Source of the DNA: a virus
Taxonomy: Duplodnaviria; Caudoviricetes
Length of the DNA: 36,266 bases
IMG/VR virus record: IMGVR_UViG_3300020042_002709
Coordinates: 1 to 36,266 of that record
Strand: one strand, 5' to 3'
In this document: piece after piece, positions 9,594-19,072 of the stretch
Numbering within the stretch: the first letter of the stretch is position 1
Layout of the letters: each line of letters begins with the position of its first letter
Translations under genes and position numbers: made by a program
Notes under the pieces: generated by a model
Told to the model about the DNA's origin: nothing
Database searches by the model: none
What the model saw: the letters and a program-made list of their open reading frames with translations, nothing else

Positions 9594-10199
9594 TTATTTG
9601 TTTAAAATTGCGTTTCTATATTTCTCTAATCTCTCATACTTGCTATCTTTTGTAGCTACATATGATTGAAAAGCGTTTGCTGCTTTTTGAGTAGGTTCAG
9701 CAGTTGGAGTGTTTGAAAGTGCTTCTACTAATTCAGCTACTTGTGCAAACCCTTGTTTTACTTTGCTCTCTAATTCAGCAATTTTTGCTTCTAATTGACT
9801 TTTTTGCTCTGCAAACTCTGCCTTTAATTCTTCTGCCATAGCAGTAGTATCTTGTGCAGGTGCTACAGGTGCAGCAGGTGCAACAGGTTCTTCTTCTACA
9901 ATATCTTCTTTAGGGGAAGAAATTTCAATGATTGTTCCTGTTTCATCTACTTGGATAGAAGTACCATCCATTAATTGATGTTCGCCTTGTGGAGCAGGAG
10001 TGCCATCAGCCATCTCTACTTTACCACCGATTTCTAATGCAGAAATCATAACCTTTGTTCCATCAGCCAAAGAATATTCAGCCATTTCTACCTTTGTAAC
10101 TACAGGTTCTGCAGGTGCAACAGGTGCTTGTGGCTCAATTACTTGTGGCATATCTTCAAATAAGGCTCTTATTTGTTGTAATGCTTCTTTTGGATTCAT
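9594..10199 (-). CDS. Capsid scaffolding protein
   Basis: Acidic, Pro/Ala linkers, C-terminal coiled coil, repeated L.DGT/GEHQL.DG motifs, immediately upstream of the capsid gene. Confidence 0.75.
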   Translation of the reverse strand: MNPKEALQQIRALFEDMPQVIEPQAPVAPAEPVVTKVEMAEYSLADGTKVMISALEIGGKVEMADGTPAPQGEHQLMDGTSIQVDETGTIIEISSPKEDIVEEEPVAPAAPVAPAQDTTAMAEELKAEFAEQKSQLEAKIAELESKVKQGFAQVAELVEALSNTPTAEPTQKAANAFQSYVATKDSKYERLEKYRNAILNK

Positions 10200-10242
10200 T
10201 TTATTTTTCTTTAAATGTTAATAAATAAGGTAGTTTATCACT

Positions 10243-10334
10243 TAACCGTTCATCCTTATTATTTACCGTTCATCAAATTAATCAAAAAAAGTGGGGCAAA
10301 TGTTTGGAATGTGTTTAAAACCTGTGTACTTTTA
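10243..10334 (+). promoter_or_regulatory. Bacteroidota-type promoter with paired LytTR-like boxes (cassette A)
   Basis: ACCGTTCATC at 10245 and 10265; TTTG at 10303; 20-nt spacer; TACTTTTA at 10327 (near the TAnnTTTG consensus). Confidence 0.7.
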
Positions 10335-10367
10335 CTATGTCATTGAGAGACACCAAAAACAAACACT

Positions 10368-10469
10368 ATGAAACACAAAACACTCCCTGCTCCAATTGAA
10401 GTTAAACTTTTTGTTACTTTAATTATTTCAGCTATTGCTTCAGTTTTAATCCAATTTTTAATCAAATAA
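10368..10469 (+). CDS. 33-aa single-pass membrane peptide (MKHKTLPAPIEVKLFVTLIISAIASVLIQFLIK)
   Basis: First ORF after the promoter; its AAACACTATG leader is identical to that of the next gene; hydrophobic core. Confidence 0.65.
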   Translation: MKHKTLPAPIEVKLFVTLIISAIASVLIQFLIK

Positions 10470-10479
10470 AATAAACACT

Positions 10480-10770
10480 ATGAAAAACCAAAAATCACCT
10501 GAAGAACTTTATCAGTATTTAACAAATCAAAGGGGATTTGAAATTGCTAGAAGGTCATTATTAAGACAAATGAAATGGTTTGAACCAACTGCATTAGAAA
10601 ATTCTATTGCTAACACTTATGGAATGTTAATGTGTTCAAATGGTGGCAATAAAGATGAAGCAGTAAAATTTATTTGCACTCTTTATAAACCTGAAAATTT
10701 ATTGAGTTTAATGAAGATGGCTGAAAATAAAGAAGAATTAACTGAAGAAATTATAAACAATTTAAAATAA
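10480..10770 (+). CDS. Hypothetical accessory protein
   Basis: 96-aa ORF with A-rich leader in the plus-strand cassette. Confidence 0.75.
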   Translation: MKNQKSPEELYQYLTNQRGFEIARRSLLRQMKWFEPTALENSIANTYGMLMCSNGGNKDEAVKFICTLYKPENLLSLMKMAENKEELTEEIINNLK

Positions 10771-10775
10771 AAACT

Positions 10776-11354
10776 ATGAAAAATTTAATTGAAAAGTATG
10801 AAAGTCTAGGTTATGTACTAACTGTTAAAGAAGAATTAAACATTGCCCTATGTATGAAAGCTAAAAGCAAAGCTAGATTCCCTAAAGCATTATTTAATTA
10901 CAGGTTCAAAAGTCCTGAAAGAATGGCTGAATATTGTTCTGAATGGATTGAACGAGTTGAAAAGAATATTAATAGTGAAAATGAAAGAAAGGCTAAAAAG
11001 AAGGAAGCACAAAAGAATATGAATCACAATTTTGTTGAAGGTTCAATCATTTACAATTCTTGGGGATATGACCAAACTAACATTGACTTCTACCAAATCG
11101 TAGAAGTTAAAGCAAAGTCAGTAATTATAAGAGAAATTGCTAGTAGTTATGTTAAAGGTTCTGAAGGTTTTATGTGTGCTAATGTTAAGCCTGTTAAAGA
11201 TTATTTTGTAGGTGAACCTATTCTTAAAAAGATTGTAACTTCAGTTAATTATAGTGGAAACATAACTTATAACTTATCAGCAAAGCATGGATGTTTCTGC
11301 AATTTCATTGAAAGCAAAGAAGAAAAAGGAGTTTACTCTAGTTGGTATGCTTAA
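10776..11354 (+). CDS. Conserved-looking phage early protein (SWGYDQTNIDFYQIV motif), function unknown
   Basis: 192 aa with AAAACTATG leader; motif recalled from phage hypothetical proteins. Confidence 0.75.
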   Translation: MKNLIEKYESLGYVLTVKEELNIALCMKAKSKARFPKALFNYRFKSPERMAEYCSEWIERVEKNINSENERKAKKKEAQKNMNHNFVEGSIIYNSWGYDQTNIDFYQIVEVKAKSVIIREIASSYVKGSEGFMCANVKPVKDYFVGEPILKKIVTSVNYSGNITYNLSAKHGCFCNFIESKEEKGVYSSWYA

Positions 11355-11399
11355 TAAACTAAATTTTGCTATTTATAATAAATACATTAAATTACATAT

Positions 11400-11570
11400 A
11401 TGGAAATCATAATAGACAACAAGCCGGTAGAAATTGAACCAAATGAAAGAATTCTAATGGAATTAATCAATGGCAGACCACCGGCTAATGAAAGCGAAAA
11501 AGAATTAGTACTTGAATTAGAGCAAATGGAAAAGGAAGGATTTACTCCTTACATTCCATCTAACCTTTAG
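11400..11570 (+). CDS. 56-aa acidic protein, candidate antitoxin for the zeta-like domain
   Basis: MEIIIDNKPVEIEPNERILMELINGRPPANESEKELVLELEQMEKEGFTPYIPSNL; not in the ORF track; its 3' end overlaps the toxin gene's 3' end by 11 nt. Function is inference. Confidence 0.6.
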   Translation: MEIIIDNKPVEIEPNERILMELINGRPPANESEKELVLELEQMEKEGFTPYIPSNL

Positions 11571-13020
11571 ATTTATCTAAAAACTTCTTATAAGAAGATG
11601 AATCATAAATAGTCTCTTTACCGTTAGCCTTACTATATATTAATTTTGGAGTTGTTCCATTATTATCATACAAATGTAATTCATTGAATATATTATTTTG
11701 AGCTAACTTTGGGAATATAGTAGAGATTTCTTTGTGCATCTCTTTGATGTATTTAGGTGGTACATATCTACCCGAATTAATTGCTCTTTCTTTTGCTCTA
11801 TCTAAAGATGTTTTTACATCAGTAGTTACATAATGAGCAATTACATTCTTACCTGCATCTCTTTGCATTTTAACCTTATCAACTACACTCTGATAGCTTC
11901 CATCTCCTACTGCATCAACTACTGCATCATATTTTTTGCTTACTGCATTTCTAATTATATCCTTTGAAAGTTTAGAACTTTCTTCGTGTACTTTAGATGC
12001 TGCTTTGAAATTTTTAGTTTCAAGCATTTTATTATATTCGGGTAATTCTTTTTTGATTCCATCGGGGTCAATTTTAAGAATGCCATCGGGATATACAACT
12101 TGACCTGATGTCTCTAAAGAACTTTTTCCGGTTGCAGGTGCTCCCCCTAAAAAAAAAGTAGTTCCTAAATTAGTAGAACCTTTTGATATTTCCTTATCAA
12201 CTATTTGCTTTTGGAATGCTACTCGTTCTTCATTAAAGTTACCTGCCTTATCTGAATATAATTTTAAAGTGTCCATACTTGGTCTAGACAATAATTTATC
12301 TACACTTGCTTGAGCATCTTTTTGATATTTAGCTGCTATTTCTGCAGGGGTCATCCCATTTATTTTACCACCACCTGTTGATTCTTTATCACCTCCGCCT
12401 TCAGGTCTCCTACCACTTCCCGGTCCACCTAATTCTACTTCTTCTAATATTTTATATATCTCACTCATTACCTGTTGTTCTTTAGGTATCTTTGGAGTAT
12501 AGTTAAATATGCCCTCAATAGAGAATCCATTAATCTTACCTTCTTTAACTTGCTGCCATACTGCATCATTTTCTACTAACATAGATACAAACCAACTACC
12601 ATCAGGTGCATCTTCAAATCCCTTCATTGGCTCAATACCCCTAGCCTTATCACTAATAAAACTTTCAAACATTGTTACCCCTGATTCTATTTGGTTAGGG
12701 TCGTGCATTAGGTTCACATTGTTTTGGTAACCTTTTTTAAAGTACTTCTGTACGATTTTGACAATAGTATCTTTAGAGAATGCCACATAATAATCACCGA
12801 AATTAGCATCACTTCTAAAAATAGGAGTGTCAGCCAACATAGCACAACCGCTAATGATACGCTTATCTTCACTAATGATTTGAAACTTTTGTTCATTTTT
12901 AAAGGCATTCCAATTCTTTTGAATGGCAGGTCTATCAACTAAAGCGACAAATTGCACTTCAGCATCATCCGCTAAATCATCAGAAATTTCTAACATATAT
13001 AATGGTAATTCCATACTCAT
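11560..13020 (-). CDS. Prohead (XkdF-like) serine protease fused to a C-terminal zeta-toxin-like P-loop kinase
   Basis: aa ~1-175 carry VALVDRPAIQ, NLMH, GSWFVSM and GFSIEG (XkdF/prohead protease). Linker GGPGSGRRPEGGG starts at aa 198. The C-terminal part has GGAPATGKS Walker A, IDPDGIK, VHEESS, RAKERAINSGRYVP and LYDNN (zeta/COG4185-like). The true start may be ATG 13014. Confidence 0.85.
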   Translation of the reverse strand: MSMELPLYMLEISDDLADDAEVQFVALVDRPAIQKNWNAFKNEQKFQIISEDKRIISGCAMLADTPIFRSDANFGDYYVAFSKDTIVKIVQKYFKKGYQNNVNLMHDPNQIESGVTMFESFISDKARGIEPMKGFEDAPDGSWFVSMLVENDAVWQQVKEGKINGFSIEGIFNYTPKIPKEQQVMSEIYKILEEVELGGPGSGRRPEGGGDKESTGGGKINGMTPAEIAAKYQKDAQASVDKLLSRPSMDTLKLYSDKAGNFNEERVAFQKQIVDKEISKGSTNLGTTFFLGGAPATGKSSLETSGQVVYPDGILKIDPDGIKKELPEYNKMLETKNFKAASKVHEESSKLSKDIIRNAVSKKYDAVVDAVGDGSYQSVVDKVKMQRDAGKNVIAHYVTTDVKTSLDRAKERAINSGRYVPPKYIKEMHKEISTIFPKLAQNNIFNELHLYDNNGTTPKLIYSKANGKETIYDSSSYKKFLDKSKG

Positions 13021-13040
13021 AAATATCTAATTTTAAAATA

Positions 13041-14780
13041 TTAACTAAATCTTGCTCTCTGTCTTATTGCAGCTATCCTTTGTTGATTGCTAGTTACATC
13101 ACTCTCAATCACATAGGCTCTTACTGCTTGATTGCCTATGTCATTAATTGACTGCTGATTTAATTGTGTTACCTGTGCTTGTGGTGCTTGTGGTGTTATA
13201 GGTGCTTGACTAGACATTGAAGGCATACCACCACCTGCACTACTTGTACTCCCTGAACTTAATATACTTTTTGCCCTACTAGCAGCACCTAATACTGCTG
13301 CAATTTGAGTAGCATAAAATATAGGAAATGCAAATGCTGCTGCAGGACCTGTTGCTTTTGCACTTTTTTGAGCAATTTGTAAAGCATTAATAAATCCAAC
13401 ACCTGTACCAATAACTATATCAGTTAAAGCAGCCGCTTTAGCTACTGCAGTACCTTGTCCTGCTAATTGACCAATTAAAGCTAATCCACTATATGCTACT
13501 TGCAATTTAGCATCAGCAAAAGTTTTTTCAGCCTCTAATAAATCACTTTTATTTTTTTTATCGTTATTAGTAGTTTCATTCATCCAACCTAATGTAGTAT
13601 TGGTTCTTCTAGTTAAACCACCTTTCATTACATCTTCTACTCTACCATCAATTTCTTTTTCAATATCTTCTTTATCTTTTGCCTGAAGTTCTTTTATTTC
13701 TTTATAATCAAGAATTTCTTGTCTACCTATTTTTTCTCTTATCTTTTTTTGTTCTTCATATTTTTTTACTTCACCATCTATTATTATTTTAATTTCAGCT
13801 TCTATTTTTTCAATTTGCTTAAGAATATCTTCATCATTCTGCCTTTTCTTTTCATTTAAGTTATCAACACGCATTTGAACTCTTAAATCTTTTAATCTTT
13901 GGTCATCAGATATAAGTTGTTTTCTTAAATCATCAGATGCTTTTTCTGCATTCTTTTTTTGTTCTTCATCTTCAATTTTTGAAATTCTAGTTAAATCTTT
14001 TTTATATTTTTCATATTTTTTTCTATAATCTTCTTCATAAGCATCTAAAATCTTTTTTTGGTTTTCATTATTAACTTTAGCTATTTCTGCTTCAGTTGCA
14101 CCTTGTTCTTTTAATTTAGCTATTCTATATTTATTACTTCTTTCTAATGCTTTAATATCAAGATTAAGATTTTCTTCTTGTGTAGCCAATGATTCATTTA
14201 AAGCATCCTGTGCTTCTTTTGCTGATTTTGTTGTATCTGTCCATTCAATTATTTTACTAATTAAAAAACCAATACCTGCAACTAAAGCAAGAATACCTGT
14301 TGACATTATTGCACTTCTTAATGTAGCAAATGCTGCAACAACTTGTGTTCTAATAACTGTAGCTAATATTTTAAAACTATCTATACTTTCACCAACTGCT
14401 TGTAATCCTTGTGATAAAGCCATAGCAGATTGAACCTTTAGTAAAGTCTTTTGAACATTATCACTTTCTGTACCAAATAAAGCCATTGCACCTTGCACCG
14501 CACCAAATCCACCTGCAACACCTGATAAAGATGCAGTTAATGATTTAAACTTTGCATCAGGATTAAAAGCATCAGATAATGATTTTGCATCACCTAATCT
14601 ATCTCTTAACTCTGCTACTTTTTTAGCAGCATTAATTGCTTCAGTAGATGTAGCACCAAACTTTTCTGATAATGTTATAACATCTTTAGAAGCCTCTCTT
14701 AATTGTTCTCTAAATGATTTAACAGGACCTTCAGCACCTGAAGTGTCTACTTTAATATTAATATCTAAATTTTCTGCCAT
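13041..14780 (-). CDS. Tape measure protein (short, 579 aa)
   Basis: Coiled coils plus Gly/Ala hydrophobic segments; C-terminal AVRAYVIESDVTSNQ. Confidence 0.8.
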   Translation of the reverse strand: MAENLDINIKVDTSGAEGPVKSFREQLREASKDVITLSEKFGATSTEAINAAKKVAELRDRLGDAKSLSDAFNPDAKFKSLTASLSGVAGGFGAVQGAMALFGTESDNVQKTLLKVQSAMALSQGLQAVGESIDSFKILATVIRTQVVAAFATLRSAIMSTGILALVAGIGFLISKIIEWTDTTKSAKEAQDALNESLATQEENLNLDIKALERSNKYRIAKLKEQGATEAEIAKVNNENQKKILDAYEEDYRKKYEKYKKDLTRISKIEDEEQKKNAEKASDDLRKQLISDDQRLKDLRVQMRVDNLNEKKRQNDEDILKQIEKIEAEIKIIIDGEVKKYEEQKKIREKIGRQEILDYKEIKELQAKDKEDIEKEIDGRVEDVMKGGLTRRTNTTLGWMNETTNNDKKNKSDLLEAEKTFADAKLQVAYSGLALIGQLAGQGTAVAKAAALTDIVIGTGVGFINALQIAQKSAKATGPAAAFAFPIFYATQIAAVLGAASRAKSILSSGSTSSAGGGMPSMSSQAPITPQAPQAQVTQLNQQSINDIGNQAVRAYVIESDVTSNQQRIAAIRQRARFS

Positions 14781-16849
14781 TAGTATGTTGTTTCAATTAC
14801 TTTTAATAAACTTATTTTCGTAGTGTTGTATTCCATTGGATTAAATCCATCTACCTTATTTAATCTGAATAGTACACCATCTATCCAAATGTATTTGCTA
14901 AAATCTAAATTCAATATATCTTGTGTATTAAGCAATGCAGAACAAGTTAATAGTTTACTATTTTTATCAGTTATTTCTGCTATATAATCACTATGATATG
15001 CGTTAAATAGATTAACTATTGGATATGTTGTTGGCGTAAATGATAACTCTTTAGGTACTCCAAAGTTAATATCATTATTAGGTGTATTAGGGTCATCTAA
15101 ATGACCTGCATAACCATAAGTTGTTTGACTACTTAATACAGTTGCCCCATTCATTATATTCCAACTTGTAATACCTGTTATCTTTTTAACTTGCATAATT
15201 CTTATAACACTATCCATAACATCCTCTTTTGTATTGTTGTTAGATAGTTTATAAATAGCAGGGTATATTTTATCAGTTCCTGTTTGTTGAAATAAAACGC
15301 TAGGTGCAAATATTATATCTGTTGTTTCTGTATCTTTTGCAAAGTCAAACTCTGTATCATAAATCCTATCTGCGTATCCTTCGCTATATTTCTTTGTGTA
15401 GTTTTCATTATAAAAATCGTTATCACTCTTATATTTATATTGATAGTATCTTGCATTAAGTTCACTCATTGGCTTTATGCTCAATGGCTTTGCCCTATCA
15501 ATTTTATTAGACCAATCCTCTGCATTATCACTAACTGAAGGATAAAAGTTTATATAAGGTTTTATAATTATCTTTTTATCATCCCACTTATCATCATAAA
15601 CATAAAGATTAAACATCTTACATATACTCAAAAAGAAATCTCTTTGAAATATACCTTTAGGAATTACATTATTAATTTTAATATTTTCACCATAATTAAT
15701 AGGAACTATTTCTACTGAAGTAGTTGTCATATTAAATCCTGAAGAACTTAAACTATTAAACTCATAAGGTTGACTACCTAATGACCAAGTAATATGCAAC
15801 TGAAAATAATCACTTGGATTAATTGTTACCCCTGTTAGATTAAAATTTACTTGGAAAAAATTACCACTAAATCCGCTACCCATACTATATGATGCAATAG
15901 CAGTTCCATTTTTCTTTAAAGACATTGTAGCATTTTGACCTATTGCCCATTCTGCGTTTACATTAAAATCTATATTTACTACTTTTGAAGTAGCACCTGT
16001 ATATGTAAATAATGTATCACTAGATGTTAATGTAAAGTTCCCCAATGTTATTGTTCCAAATTGCAAATATAATTCAACTGCAGTTCCACTATATGTTTGG
16101 TCTATTGGATATGCTTTTAATTGAACATTACTTGAACTAGATAAAACCTTTTGATTATGTGGTATTATAAGTCTATTATATAATTCTAAATCACCTGCTT
16201 CTAAATCTAAAGTATATGTGTAATCAGTTCCTGAAAATATTTTATCTATATATTCAGCTACAAATAAAGCAGGTCTAAATGTACTTACTTGAAAATCTTT
16301 TTTAAATGTTCCATAAGTTCCTGTGCTTACATTACCAAAGTCAATCAATGGGTAATAATAACCTGCACCTGTTATGCTATTCCAACTACTTGTAATATTT
16401 GAAACATTATAAGTATGGTCATATGCACTAAAATCTAAATCCTCTATTCTTGAATTTCCTAATGCAGTTATAAATCCGCCTAATTCACCAAAGACAGAAC
16501 ATTGATATTCTATTGTTTTGCCATCTACAACTATCTCAAGTATTCTTAATGTACCCTTAAATATCTGTACCTTGTCAATAAATATCTTGCATTGTGCTGC
16601 TTTACTTGCATTGAAGTTATAGTTAACATTTGGTAAGGTATTATCAAAGAAATTAGCATTACCTAAATCAAATACAAATCCAAATATTTGGTTATTTATA
16701 GCAGTACCTGATAATGATATAGTTTTACTAAAGGAAGTATTTTTACTACCAAAATCAGTAATGTCATCTATTGCATAAGTAAACTCTGTACTTATATCTT
16801 GCAATAAATCTAGTTTATAATCTTCTACATATATCTCTGTGCTAATCAT
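14780..16849 (-). CDS. Tail tip / baseplate hub-like structural protein
   Basis: 689 aa, beta-rich; N-terminal SFSKTISLSGT..NN.IFG and YYYPLIDFG motifs; adjacent to the tape measure gene. Confidence 0.65.
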   Translation of the reverse strand: MISTEIYVEDYKLDLLQDISTEFTYAIDDITDFGSKNTSFSKTISLSGTAINNQIFGFVFDLGNANFFDNTLPNVNYNFNASKAAQCKIFIDKVQIFKGTLRILEIVVDGKTIEYQCSVFGELGGFITALGNSRIEDLDFSAYDHTYNVSNITSSWNSITGAGYYYPLIDFGNVSTGTYGTFKKDFQVSTFRPALFVAEYIDKIFSGTDYTYTLDLEAGDLELYNRLIIPHNQKVLSSSSNVQLKAYPIDQTYSGTAVELYLQFGTITLGNFTLTSSDTLFTYTGATSKVVNIDFNVNAEWAIGQNATMSLKKNGTAIASYSMGSGFSGNFFQVNFNLTGVTINPSDYFQLHITWSLGSQPYEFNSLSSSGFNMTTTSVEIVPINYGENIKINNVIPKGIFQRDFFLSICKMFNLYVYDDKWDDKKIIIKPYINFYPSVSDNAEDWSNKIDRAKPLSIKPMSELNARYYQYKYKSDNDFYNENYTKKYSEGYADRIYDTEFDFAKDTETTDIIFAPSVLFQQTGTDKIYPAIYKLSNNNTKEDVMDSVIRIMQVKKITGITSWNIMNGATVLSSQTTYGYAGHLDDPNTPNNDINFGVPKELSFTPTTYPIVNLFNAYHSDYIAEITDKNSKLLTCSALLNTQDILNLDFSKYIWIDGVLFRLNKVDGFNPMEYNTTKISLLKVIETTY

Positions 16850-18075
16850 TATCTAAATTGGCTTGTTAAATATTTACCTACCTCTATGTCAATTTCAAAG
16901 TTAAATAACTTGTCACTACTTTCTAACTTATACTCATAGTTTGTGCTACTAATTGTAACAGGGAAATAAGCACCTTGCACTTCCATATATGTAATTGTAC
17001 TTGCAAACAACTGTGCTAACCATTCATAATCCTGCTCACTAACCCAATCCGATATAAGATGAAACTTATCCTTATGTTGAATAGCATAGTTCAAAGTAGT
17101 TTCATTATACTTATTATAAGCATCTATATTGGTCATAGTGTTTCCGCTTAACTGCCAATCATTCCTTCTGTACGAAGCCCTTTGTAGTTCTGTTGACCTT
17201 TTATTAACCAATGCAAACTTCATAGTATCCCAACCGCCTAAACGATTTAGGAAATGTAAATTGTACTGTTTGTATTTAGGATAGCACTTTTGAGTAAATT
17301 GTAACTTTCTAGATATTGCCACACCTCTTTTTAAATAAACATTATACCCATAGGTATCTTCTGTAATAAGTGTTCTACCTGCAAAAGTATTGATATGCCC
17401 TGCTTGACAATTAAACAAATTCATCTCACCACTAAAAATAATGCTACCACTTGCAGTATCTACTACTGAACCTGATTCATTTACAACATCAATCCAAGCC
17501 GAATAATCACCGCTAGTAATCTTAAAATAAGTCGCATAAAAATTATCCCCATACTCAATCGTAATATTGTCATTGTCTCTTTCCGTAATCCAATCATCTG
17601 TAAAGTTTTCTAAAAGTAAATTGTCGTAATAATCAGACAATACTAATGGGGTATTGTTATTGGTAAATAGAATATCTGCAAATAATGGTGGATAATAATT
17701 GTAAGAACTTAATGCACCTGAAACTAGATTTAAACTTGTAACTAAATTACCCCCACTTACATACTCCTCACCTATCTTTATTTCACTATCTACTTTTATT
17801 TTATCATTAGATGCCACCAAAATAGAACTACCTGAAGGCTCAAAGTAATTAGTTACATAACTCCTTACCATTGGTGATGCGTTAAATACTCCATAGCTAC
17901 CTTCTGCTGAAGGTGATGGATATACTTTTGTCCTACTAACTTGACTTCCGTTTACATAAACATCATACACAAACTTAAACGCTAGTTCACCTGTATTAGT
18001 TGAACTTGAAACGAACCATAAGTCATCGTGCATACTGCTATAAGGTGCAGGACTACTTTGTATTGTTATTGCCAT
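16849..18075 (-). CDS. Tail structural protein (distal-tail-like)
   Basis: 408 aa with C-terminal FLNRLGGWD motif seen in Bacteroidota phage tail proteins. Confidence 0.6.
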   Translation of the reverse strand: MAITIQSSPAPYSSMHDDLWFVSSSTNTGELAFKFVYDVYVNGSQVSRTKVYPSPSAEGSYGVFNASPMVRSYVTNYFEPSGSSILVASNDKIKVDSEIKIGEEYVSGGNLVTSLNLVSGALSSYNYYPPLFADILFTNNNTPLVLSDYYDNLLLENFTDDWITERDNDNITIEYGDNFYATYFKITSGDYSAWIDVVNESGSVVDTASGSIIFSGEMNLFNCQAGHINTFAGRTLITEDTYGYNVYLKRGVAISRKLQFTQKCYPKYKQYNLHFLNRLGGWDTMKFALVNKRSTELQRASYRRNDWQLSGNTMTNIDAYNKYNETTLNYAIQHKDKFHLISDWVSEQDYEWLAQLFASTITYMEVQGAYFPVTISSTNYEYKLESSDKLFNFEIDIEVGKYLTSQFR

Positions 18076-18721
18076 TGCTTAATTCTTTACCTATTTGTTT
18101 TATCTTAATTTGAATGTCTTTACCTAATGCCACTTCCATTACTTCATAGAAGTTTTTACCGAATGTTTCTTTTGCTGCATTGTCAAAATAATGTGTTGAC
18201 CTAATACCTTTTCTATGTATAGACCTAGCTATTACATAAGCTAAAGACTTTTTACTATCTATTGCCTTTGATTCTACCCCTAGCTTTCTATAAGGTTTTA
18301 CAGATACTGCTTTTAGTTTGTTATAACCTAGCCAACCTTCTACTGCTGAAATTGGAATGCTTTTTTTAGATGGGTTAAATTTGTAAGGTGTCTTACTATC
18401 TGCCTTGATGTTTTTAGTTCCTTTTACCCCTTTGTTTACAAAATCAAAATACTTTGAAGCAGGTTCACTTTTAGGATAACCTAATGATAATGTATAACTT
18501 GTACCAAACTTTGTGAACTGCAACCTTATATCATTAATATTACCTGATGCTATTGAACCATTTGCTCTTAAATTTTTTTGAGCATTTAATATAAAGTCAG
18601 CACCAAAGTCTTTTAACAATCTTTCAACCACAGGCAATTCACCTTCCTTCATAGGCTTTTCACCTAATGTATTCAGAAATCCATCCGCTATTGCTTTTGC
18701 CTGTGCTTTACTAATGCTCAT
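18053..18721 (-). CDS. Putative neck/tail completion protein (HK97 gp10-like)
   Basis: Basic 222 aa with ASG.., FVNKGVKG and IARSIHRKGI motifs. Confidence 0.55.
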   Translation of the reverse strand: MSISKAQAKAIADGFLNTLGEKPMKEGELPVVERLLKDFGADFILNAQKNLRANGSIASGNINDIRLQFTKFGTSYTLSLGYPKSEPASKYFDFVNKGVKGTKNIKADSKTPYKFNPSKKSIPISAVEGWLGYNKLKAVSVKPYRKLGVESKAIDSKKSLAYVIARSIHRKGIRSTHYFDNAAKETFGKNFYEVMEVALGKDIQIKIKQIGKELSNGNNNTK

Positions 18722-18744
18722 ACCAATAAATAGGACATTGGTCT

Positions 18745-18780
18745 AAAAATAACTAACCCCACCTTTTTTAAGGATGGGGT
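18745..18780 (-). terminator. Intrinsic terminator after the tail assembly chaperone
   Basis: Minus strand reads ACCCCATCCTT-aaa-AAGGTGGGGT followed by TAGTTATTTTT. Confidence 0.6.
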
Positions 18781-18801
18781 CGTTAACCAAAAACTAAAAA
18801 A

Positions 18802-19072
18802 CTATCTTACCTTCTTTATTTGCTCATTGTCATAATCTGTCTTTGCTTTTAGATAGGACAGGATATTTAAACATTCTATTGTTGTGAGTTCATACGCTTC
18901 CGTAACTGTGCAATTTTCATACTCGGCAATAAGTTTGGTGCTATATTGCCATCCAAAATATTCAATAAATTTACTACCACCCCTGTTGCTTCCTGCCCCT
19001 TCATCCCTTCCTTTATCAGTTTGTTCGCCATATAATCCTGTGAAACTTCTATCCAATTTCTGTATACTTGAT
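18802..19072 (-). CDS. -1 frameshift extension of the tail assembly chaperone (gpGT-like)
   Basis: The -1 frame after the T9 run at 19073-19081 reads LSSIQKLDRSFTGLYG...FGWQYSTKLIA...LSYLK. Confidence 0.7.
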
